NCBI GenBank assembly: GCA_040755855.1
Contig: JBFMAD010000004.1
Location: 189,616-253,615 of the forward strand
DNA length: 64,000 bases
Direction of reading: 5' to 3'
From: Planctomycetota bacterium
GTDB taxonomy: Bacteria > Planctomycetota > Brocadiia > JAADGH01
Shown here: piece by piece, positions 57,790 through 64,000 of the stretch
Layout of the letters: the number at the start of each line of letters is the position of its first letter
Numbering within the stretch: position 1 is the first letter of the stretch
Notes under the pieces: model-generated
What the model was told of the DNA's origin: nothing
What the model saw: only the letters and a program-made list of their open reading frames with translations
Databases searched by the model: none
Program-made: the position numbers and the translations under genes

Positions 57790-58350
57790 GTGTTGGATAC
57801 AGATGCGCAGGACATACAGGCGAGCCTCGACGGCGACGACGAGGCCTACGCGCGGATCGTCAAGCGGCACGAAAGAGAGATCGCCAAGCAGATGCGCCGC
57901 TTCGACCGCGACCCGTCCGCCTGCGAGGAGCTGGTGCAGGAGGTCTTTGTCCAGGCCTATTTCAGCCTTAACAAGTTCCGCGGCGATGCGCCGTTCCTGC
58001 ACTGGCTGCGGCGGATCGCCACGCGGGTGGGATACCGCCACTGGACGAAGCAATCCCGTGACGCTGCGCAGGTCCCCCTCGAGACCTGGGACGGAGCGGC
58101 CGAGCCGGATGGGTCCATTGACCCGGCCACGGCGGGGGCACTCCTGCATGAGCTTTTCGCCCGGCTGCCGCCAAAGGAGCGGCTGGTGCTCACGCTGCTC
58201 CATCTCGAGGAGTGCGGGACGGAGGAGATCGCCGACCGCATGGGCTGGACCCGTGCGATGGTGAAGATGCGCGCCCACCGGGCGCGAAGGAAGATCAAGG
58301 ACATCGCGGAGCGCGAGAGACTTTTGGAGAAGATCGGATGGACATCATAG
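57790..58350 (+). CDS. ECF RNA polymerase sigma factor
   Basis: EELVQEVFVQAY, FLHWLRRIA, LPPKERLVL, EEIADRMG..VKMRAHRAR; start codon uncertain. Confidence 0.9.
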   Translation: MLDTDAQDIQASLDGDDEAYARIVKRHEREIAKQMRRFDRDPSACEELVQEVFVQAYFSLNKFRGDAPFLHWLRRIATRVGYRHWTKQSRDAAQVPLETWDGAAEPDGSIDPATAGALLHELFARLPPKERLVLTLLHLEECGTEEIADRMGWTRAMVKMRAHRARRKIKDIAERERLLEKIGWTS

Positions 58351-58595
58351 ACGCAATCAAGAAACTGGCCGAGACCGCGCGGGAGGAACCTGCGCCGGAG
58401 ACCGACGTGGCCGACGCCGTGCTCGTGCAGATTCGGGAGCAGGACGAACCGGCGACCATCGCGCCCTTCTGGATCATGGCGAGCGCGTCCGCCGCCGCGG
58501 CGGCAGTGGTGCTGGCGCTGACGGCCTTTGCCTGGGCTGCGTGGAACGATCCCCTGGTCGCCCTGTTTACGCAATTTCGAATGGTGACGCTATGA
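58338..58595 (+). CDS. Small single-TM putative anti-sigma factor
   Basis: Overlaps the ECF gene; short cytoplasmic helix then TM. Confidence 0.6.
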   Translation: MDIIDAIKKLAETAREEPAPETDVADAVLVQIREQDEPATIAPFWIMASASAAAAAVVLALTAFAWAAWNDPLVALFTQFRMVTL

Positions 58596-59080
58596 CCGAA
58601 GAGCAGAATGCGAAGCCGACGCCGAAACACAAAACAAGCTATTCCAAGCGCCGCCGGACCGTGCTCATGGTCCTCCTCGGCGGGGTGATCCTGCTGAGCG
58701 GGATCGTCATCGGCTCGGGGCTCACGCTCCTTTGGCTGCAGCACACGCTGCTGTACATGGTGCACCACCCCGAGGGCGCGCCCAAGACGATCTCTCTGCA
58801 CCTGCAAAGGAAGCTGAATTTGACCGACGAGCAGACGAGGCGGGTCGAGGCGATCCTGCGCGAGCGGCAGAAGGACACCCAGGCCCTGCGCCGCGAGGTG
58901 CAGCCGCGCGTCGAGGAGCAGCTTGCCAAGGCGCGGGACGAAGTGGCCGCCGTGCTCACGTCGGAACAGGCCAAGAAGTGGAACGCCTATTTCGACGCCA
59001 TGCAGGAGAAGTGGCTCCCCCCGGCGCCGCCCCCACCGCCCGAGACCAAGAGGGAGACAGGAAATGATCCCGAAAAATGA
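58592..59080 (+). CDS. Membrane-anchored Spy/CpxP-like (heavy-metal sensor-like) protein
   Basis: N-terminal TM; LNLTDEQ and LTSEQ motifs. Confidence 0.75.
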   Translation: MTEEQNAKPTPKHKTSYSKRRRTVLMVLLGGVILLSGIVIGSGLTLLWLQHTLLYMVHHPEGAPKTISLHLQRKLNLTDEQTRRVEAILRERQKDTQALRREVQPRVEEQLAKARDEVAAVLTSEQAKKWNAYFDAMQEKWLPPAPPPPPETKRETGNDPEK

Positions 59081-59612
59081 TGACCGGACCCAGCGGAGGC
59101 GCTCGGCAGGCTTTACCCTCACGGAGATGATCGTCGTGATCGGGATCATCGGGGTGGTATTGGGCCTGCTCACGCCCGTGATCGCCCGCGTTCGAAAGGC
59201 CGGGCGCGACACGCAGTGCAAGAGCAACCTGCGCCAGATCTTCCAGGCCTACAAGATCTACGTCAGCGACAACCAGGGCAAGAAGCCGATGGCGACCAAT
59301 CGGCCGTCGCTGCGCCTGAACGACCTGCCGTCAATCGCCGACGTGCTCGAATCCTATTGCGGCCGGAAGGTCTTCCGCTGCCCATTGGATAAACTGGAGT
59401 TCTTCGAGACCGAGGGGAGCAGTTACGAGTTCAACGTCGTGGCCTACGGTCGCGTCGTTCAGCAGACCGATCCGTTTATCGAGGCCGTCAAGATGACCGT
59501 TGATCCGCCGAGCATCCCGGCGTTTTACGATTACGAATGTTTCCATGGCAAGGAAGACAGCGGCCATGGCAAGAACGCGGTCTTCGGCGACGGGCACGTG
59601 GAGTCGTTCTGA
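59064..59612 (+). CDS. Prepilin-type cleavage/methylation protein with H-X-DG tail (DUF1559-like)
   Basis: AG|FTLTEMIVVIGII, CKSNLRQI, C-terminal NAVFGDGHV. Confidence 0.88.
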   Translation: MIPKNDDRTQRRRSAGFTLTEMIVVIGIIGVVLGLLTPVIARVRKAGRDTQCKSNLRQIFQAYKIYVSDNQGKKPMATNRPSLRLNDLPSIADVLESYCGRKVFRCPLDKLEFFETEGSSYEFNVVAYGRVVQQTDPFIEAVKMTVDPPSIPAFYDYECFHGKEDSGHGKNAVFGDGHVESF

Positions 59613-59630
59613 AGGTGATGGAGGGTTAAC

Positions 59631-60572
59631 ATGCCACGCAAATCCATACTGATCGGCGGGGCGATTGCCATTTTGCTGTCCCTTGTCGCCTACCTCTACA
59701 CAACGGCGAAGGAGGAGAAACCCATCCCCGTCTCGCGGGAGGAGTTCGCCCAGGACGTGAAGGGCGTGGACTTCCAGAAGCTCCAGGGCCCCGAGCGGCA
59801 GCAGGCGCTCCACGATTTGCAGGAGAAGTTCTCGCACGTCCCGGCCGAGATGGGGCCGGACGAGTCGCACAAGTTCTGGTCCGACCCCGACTTTATGAAA
59901 ACGATGATGTCGCTGAAGATGGAGGAGCGCCACGCCATCCTCGGCCCGTCGCGGGAGCGGTTCCGCAAAGTGGCGCTGGAACGGCTTGACCGGTTTTTCG
60001 AGCTGTCCGAGGAGGAGCAGAACGCGGAGCTGGACCGCTACATCAACATGGCCGAGCAGGTGGACCGGATGTACAAGCTGATGGGCGGGAAGGAAAAGGA
60101 TTATATGACCTCCCAGGCGAAGCAGGCCAACCCGGATTTTCTGAAGAAGGTAGTTATCGAGCAGCTCCGCACCATTGACTCCGCCCATCGGGCGAAGCTC
60201 CAGGAAGGCGTGCGCCGCTTCTGCAATCGCCGGGCCGAGCGGGCGCGGATGCTGGCGGGGCGACGGCCCCCGGCGATTCCGAAGACGGAGGAGGCCAAGC
60301 CGGTCGTCGAGGAGATCGCCGTCGAGAGGGTCGTCCCGGAGGAGCTAAGCAAGCTGAAGGTCGGTGATCCCGTCACGATTGCGAACATCGCCGAGCCGGG
60401 CCGCGCCCCGCGCATGGTCGTCGCCCGGGGCGGGACGCAGGTGGGGGAGCTGCCCGTCGCGAAGTGGATGGACTACGCCGAGTACCTCGTCGAGAACCGC
60501 CAGATCTGGGCGAAGGTGAAGGAGGTCGAGCCGGCGAGCAGCTACCTCATCATCGAGGCGACGGTGAAATAG
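59631..60572 (+). CDS. Membrane-anchored hypothetical protein with C-terminal HIRAN-like domain
   Basis: N-terminal TM; helical middle; LKVGDPVTI...GTQVGELP...WAKVKEV. Confidence 0.6.
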   Translation: MPRKSILIGGAIAILLSLVAYLYTTAKEEKPIPVSREEFAQDVKGVDFQKLQGPERQQALHDLQEKFSHVPAEMGPDESHKFWSDPDFMKTMMSLKMEERHAILGPSRERFRKVALERLDRFFELSEEEQNAELDRYINMAEQVDRMYKLMGGKEKDYMTSQAKQANPDFLKKVVIEQLRTIDSAHRAKLQEGVRRFCNRRAERARMLAGRRPPAIPKTEEAKPVVEEIAVERVVPEELSKLKVGDPVTIANIAEPGRAPRMVVARGGTQVGELPVAKWMDYAEYLVENRQIWAKVKEVEPASSYLIIEATVK

Positions 60573-60582
60573 CGCTGCTCCT

Positions 60583-60615
60583 GATTTCCGATTTTCGATT
60601 GTCGATTTTCGATTG
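60583..60615. repeat. Heptamer tandem repeat (GATTTTC)x4.7
   Basis: GATTTCC GATTTTC GATTGTC GATTTTC GATTG. Confidence 0.85.
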
Positions 60616-60714
60616 AACCATCAACGGCATTGTTCCCGCTAATTGCGGCAATAATCGCTTCATTGGACATTATCGAGTTCATGGGGATGCCGTAATGAGT
60701 TTGCCGCAAAGAGG

Positions 60715-61440
60715 TTAACGAGGCTTCAGCATAGCTATGTGTCCGTATTGGCCATTGTGAAATCCAACCCATATTTCCCGTCTGGTTCCTGGATAGTGAG
60801 CAATTCGAAAGCCGCTCACCAGTTTAGCGTCCTTCTCAGCCATTAACGGAAGGACGACTTCTTCCCCTTGTTGCTTGTAGCGAGGGCAAACAATATCAGT
60901 GAATACTTGATCGCCCATACTGTTAATCTTGAAAGGCTCTGGTCCTCTGAACATCCGCCCCAGTTCGGTATGCAATGCAATCTGATTCTGTGTACCTACG
61001 CGGTACCAGACCTGCCCCCTGAAAATCACCCCACCCACATTGGCACAGACAACATGCGGATACTCCGGGACACGCAATATCTCAAAAATCCCAACCGTTT
61101 TCTGTGTGCTACCTTCTTTCAACTCCACATAGGTGAAACGTGGCGGGGGATCGAGACTATTGCCTGCCCATGTCTGAAAGTCAGCGTCGTTGAAACTCTT
61201 GCTTGTGCCACATATATGACGATCAGCTCCCGAATCCTTCACGCCATATATCAGATAACCAGTCTCCTTCTCGTCATCACCATTTGCGATAGCGGAAAGG
61301 TCTTTGATGACCTCCGCCTTTCCCCGGTCCCAATCTGGATCTTTCCTGCTGTCAAGCAAACCGCGAGGAAAGTCTGCCTTCCAATCGAGCCACGTTGATT
61401 CACCGTGGGCGAGGAATTTGCGAAACTCAGTTTCGGTCAT
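60715..61440 (-). CDS. AlbA_2 (Schlafen-like) domain protein
   Basis: GESTWLDWK, KDLSAIANG, GYLIYGVKD, YRVGTQ; AT-richer than flanks. Confidence 0.8.
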   Translation of the reverse strand: MTETEFRKFLAHGESTWLDWKADFPRGLLDSRKDPDWDRGKAEVIKDLSAIANGDDEKETGYLIYGVKDSGADRHICGTSKSFNDADFQTWAGNSLDPPPRFTYVELKEGSTQKTVGIFEILRVPEYPHVVCANVGGVIFRGQVWYRVGTQNQIALHTELGRMFRGPEPFKINSMGDQVFTDIVCPRYKQQGEEVVLPLMAEKDAKLVSGFRIAHYPGTRREIWVGFHNGQYGHIAMLKPR

Positions 61441-61466
61441 CCAAGTAGTTTGCCTCTCACAAACAG

Positions 61467-62648
61467 TTACGCCATGGAGAGCAGGTTATGCGCCTCGACC
61501 AGTTTCGCTGCGATGTCGATCCCGTAGGGGCAGGGACGCAGGCCGGTCAGGTCGCCGCCCGCCCTGGCGTCGTCGGCAAGATGCGCATACTCCTGCATGG
61601 CCGTCTTCTCGATGCCGTAGTACTTGAAGTACATCCGGTAGCGCAGGATGTCCTGGACCTGCACCTTGCATCCCGTGCCGCGGGTGCAGAGGTCGCAGCC
61701 GGGGCGGCAGTAGTCGCCGGAGATCGCATCGGCGTACTGTCGGAGCAGGTCCTGCTCCTTCGCGCCGAGCTGCTTCGTGCCGGAGGCAGAAAGATACGCC
61801 TTCGCCATGTCCACGTTTTTCATCGTGATAACGGCGGTGGAGACATTCGGATTGGTGAGCACCCAGCTCAGGGCGGCAAAGCCGAGGGCCGACTCGCCCA
61901 TCTCCCCGGCCTTCTTGTCCCACAGTTCTCGCACCTTCCCGCCCTGGGCCTTGGCGCCGGGCATGGTTTTCATAACCGTGACCGCCACGTTCTTCTTGGC
62001 CGCCTTCTCGATCACTTTGTCGAGGCCCTGCCACTTCACGAAGTTGTAGCACGGCATGATGAGGTCGTACTTGTCGGACTCGACGGCATAGTCCATGATC
62101 TCGACCATGGCCGGCGAATGGCTCGCCACGCCAAGTCCCTTTGCCTTGCCCGCCTTCTTGGCCTCGTCAAAGGCCGCGAAGATGGCCTCGTGCTTGACTT
62201 GGTCCATCTTGTCGCATGGGGCGATGATCACGTCCACATAGTCCGTCTTGAGATTAGAGAGGCTCGCGTCGAGAGACTCCAGCAGGCTCTCCTTCGTCAC
62301 ACCGGGCTTGACATACCACCGCGTGGCGACGCCGAGTTCCTCGCGTTTGCTTTTCTGGACGATCTCGCCGATCCAGACCTCGCTCTGGCCCTTTGAGTAC
62401 CCGGGGCCGGTGTCGAAGTAATTCACGCCTAATTCGCGCGCGACGTGCAGGGGCATCCCCTCGCTCATGCCGTATGAGCCACAACTGATGTCGGAGACCT
62501 TGACGCCGATGCGGCCGAGGGTTCGATATTCCTTCACCTTCGGCCCTTCGGCGGCATGTGACTTTGCAGATGCGAAAGCCGTTGACGCCGCCGCTGCGCC
62601 GACCGCCGTCTTGAAGAACCCCCGCCGTGAGATGCCTTTCGTCTCCAT
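61467..62648 (-). CDS. Tat-exported aldo/keto reductase with C-terminal Fe-S motif
   Basis: SRRGFFK, YRTLGR, NYFDTGPGY, SLSNLKTDYVD, YCRPGCDLC...CPYGIDI. Confidence 0.88.
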   Translation of the reverse strand: METKGISRRGFFKTAVGAAAASTAFASAKSHAAEGPKVKEYRTLGRIGVKVSDISCGSYGMSEGMPLHVARELGVNYFDTGPGYSKGQSEVWIGEIVQKSKREELGVATRWYVKPGVTKESLLESLDASLSNLKTDYVDVIIAPCDKMDQVKHEAIFAAFDEAKKAGKAKGLGVASHSPAMVEIMDYAVESDKYDLIMPCYNFVKWQGLDKVIEKAAKKNVAVTVMKTMPGAKAQGGKVRELWDKKAGEMGESALGFAALSWVLTNPNVSTAVITMKNVDMAKAYLSASGTKQLGAKEQDLLRQYADAISGDYCRPGCDLCTRGTGCKVQVQDILRYRMYFKYYGIEKTAMQEYAHLADDARAGGDLTGLRPCPYGIDIAAKLVEAHNLLSMA

Positions 62649-62702
62649 GTCATTCCTCCTTTTGTGCGGTTCAGAATGCATGACGGATTTTAGCAAGCTC
62701 TC

Positions 62703-63194
62703 TCAGGTCTCGTGTTCGCCGGCGAGGGCCAAGACACGTCGTCGAACATCGTCAGAAACCCACAGTCCGGCCTCGCCAAGACGGGCGAGAAACGGCTCGA
62801 CTTTTTCGATAAGGCCCTCCTGCTTTGCATTCAACAGGACCTTCAAGGTTCCCTGCACCTGCAGCCCTGCCGCCTTGGCCGTCCGGCGAGCCAGCGCGTC
62901 GTCCAAAAAAAGAATCCGGTCTGGGTTCTCCAGCGCGAGCGCCATCGCGGCCAGCTCCCCCGCACCCAAGTCCAGCGCCAACCACTCCGAAGGGAGGTGG
63001 ACAGGATCGGCGACCGACATCCATTTGTGGTCGTCGGGATTAGGCACGTCATAGCCCCTTTGTGCCCCCTCTTGCAGTTCACGTGCAACTGCCGTCGGTA
63101 TCCACAATCGGCTGAACAAGCGAGGCAAGCAATCCAAGAAGCCGATGCGGTGCAGATAGAGCAAGGGGGACGTGTTGCTGATTGCTTCAGGCAT
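62703..63194 (-). CDS. DUF3368 PIN-domain toxin
   Basis: ISNTSPL, IPTAVAREL, LGAGELAAM, LDDALARR, GTLKVL. Confidence 0.88.
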   Translation of the reverse strand: MPEAISNTSPLLYLHRIGFLDCLPRLFSRLWIPTAVARELQEGAQRGYDVPNPDDHKWMSVADPVHLPSEWLALDLGAGELAAMALALENPDRILFLDDALARRTAKAAGLQVQGTLKVLLNAKQEGLIEKVEPFLARLGEAGLWVSDDVRRRVLALAGEHET

Positions 63195-63438
63195 GATCGT
63201 TTTCCAGGTCGGTCAGTTCGGCTTGGAAAGGGAAGACCTTATAGCGCCCAAGACTCAGCAGAAACTCAACGCGGGAAACCCCGGCCAATTCCGCAGCGCG
63301 GCCTGACGAAAGGCGACCAAGTTCATAGAGCTTGACGGCCGCCAACATCCGCAGCTCACGTCCAAAGGCAGCGGCATCGGTCTTTTCGGCCAGCAATACC
63401 TTCTCTGGCACGTCAATGACAATCTGTCGAGTGGTCAT
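63187..63438 (-). CDS. UPF0175 family antitoxin
   Basis: AAVKLYELGRLSSGRAAELAGVSRVEF; overlaps the toxin. Confidence 0.9.
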   Translation of the reverse strand: MTTRQIVIDVPEKVLLAEKTDAAAFGRELRMLAAVKLYELGRLSSGRAAELAGVSRVEFLLSLGRYKVFPFQAELTDLENDHA

Positions 63439-63482
63439 CGTGAGTTCTCCCTTGCCAACAATGTGAAAAGGGCCTCACTATC

Positions 63483-63511
63483 ATAGTAGCACTTATATTC
63501 CGTCTTGTCAA
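63483..63511 (-). promoter_or_regulatory. sigma70 promoter of the TA operon
   Basis: TTGACA-N17-TACTAT with TG extension. Confidence 0.75.
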
Positions 63512-63539
63512 AGCTGTGCTTGCAGGCTCAACAAATCCC

Positions 63540-63597
63540 TGCGAACGTCAGAAATCAGGCGCGCGGGTACCTCGTCGCATGCACTCTCTGGTTGGGC
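63540..63597 (-). mobile_element. Integron attC-like recombination site (58 bp)
   Basis: GCCCAAC-CAGAG-AGTGCATG-CGACGAGGTACCCGCGCG-CCTGATT-TCTGAC-GTTCGCA; RYYYAAC...GTT, canonical box spacing, 7 nt after a stop codon. Confidence 0.65.
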
Positions 63598-63604
63598 AAG
63601 TTGT

Positions 63605-63889
63605 TCAGTACCGTATTCTTGCGTCCAGACCTTGAATGCTTTCCGACGAGGTTATCAGTAGTTCTCCGTGATTCTTTTCCTGCATCGTCCCGACATAGTT
63701 ATCATCGGGGTATAGCGCTTTCCATTCCGAATGATTGTTCCTCAGATTCCATCCGATGCATCCCTCAATATGCCTCCGCAGTCGGGTATCGGTCTTGAGT
63801 TCCGCAAAGAAGATATTCAGGACAGCCAGATAGCGAGTCACATCATCGTGGAGCGTTTGATACGCCTCAATCTTGTCTTGCCACGAGTT
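63605..63889 (-). pseudogene. AT-richer ORF fragment, probable truncated cassette gene
   Basis: Open frame NSWQDKIEAYQTLHDDVTRY...DARIRY*; in-frame stop just upstream and no clear RBS/start. Confidence 0.35.
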
Positions 63890-64000
63890 TCAAGTGGAAT
63901 TTTTTCGGTGATTTTGTGGGGGACTTCTGTCGATCCACAAGCCCGTTTCTCTTCCTCTTCGTTGCCCAGGGAACCCTCCGAACCGCCAACGAGGAGCGGT

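Noticed and set aside
60620..60720. HDV-like ribozyme
   Set aside because: Stem order is similar, but the P1.1 GG and catalytic-C J4/2 segment are not evident on either strand

Overview
High-GC bacterial chromosomal segment. Several traits point to a Planctomycetota/PVC-superphylum organism (inference): VEELExRIAP-leader giant proteins, a prepilin-type protein with an H-X-DG tail, a Hanks-type kinase with a DWG motif, and GTAG-type REP elements. Most of the window is metabolic: serA, trpD, galK, acs, floA, acyP, a class III CoA-transferase, a ThDP enzyme, several secreted CBM-linked glycoside hydrolases and a lyase, Tat oxidoreductases and sugar-phosphate isomerases. No rRNA, tRNA, CRISPR array or transposase was recognised. 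The main points of interest follow. (1) Two paralogous giant beta-solenoid proteins share an export-type leader. One (<1..4302, minus strand) is absent from the ORF track and sits behind a switch-like leader hairpin; the other sits behind a G12 tract next to its promoter. (2) An 86-bp diverged duplication of an amidohydrolase 3' end brackets a foreign-looking gene. (3) An HprK-like kinase / S26 peptidase / nucleotidyltransferase trio has no precursor nearby. (4) A RecQ ends in HEAT repeats. (5) A Ser/Thr kinase carries a catalytically dead HD-GYP domain after its TM helix and is divergent from a Spy/ECF/anti-sigma/pseudopilin operon. (6) A 58-bp attC-like site and a pseudoknot-capable element lie beside AT-richer accessory genes at the right end. 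All family assignments come from motif recognition by eye, not database searches.
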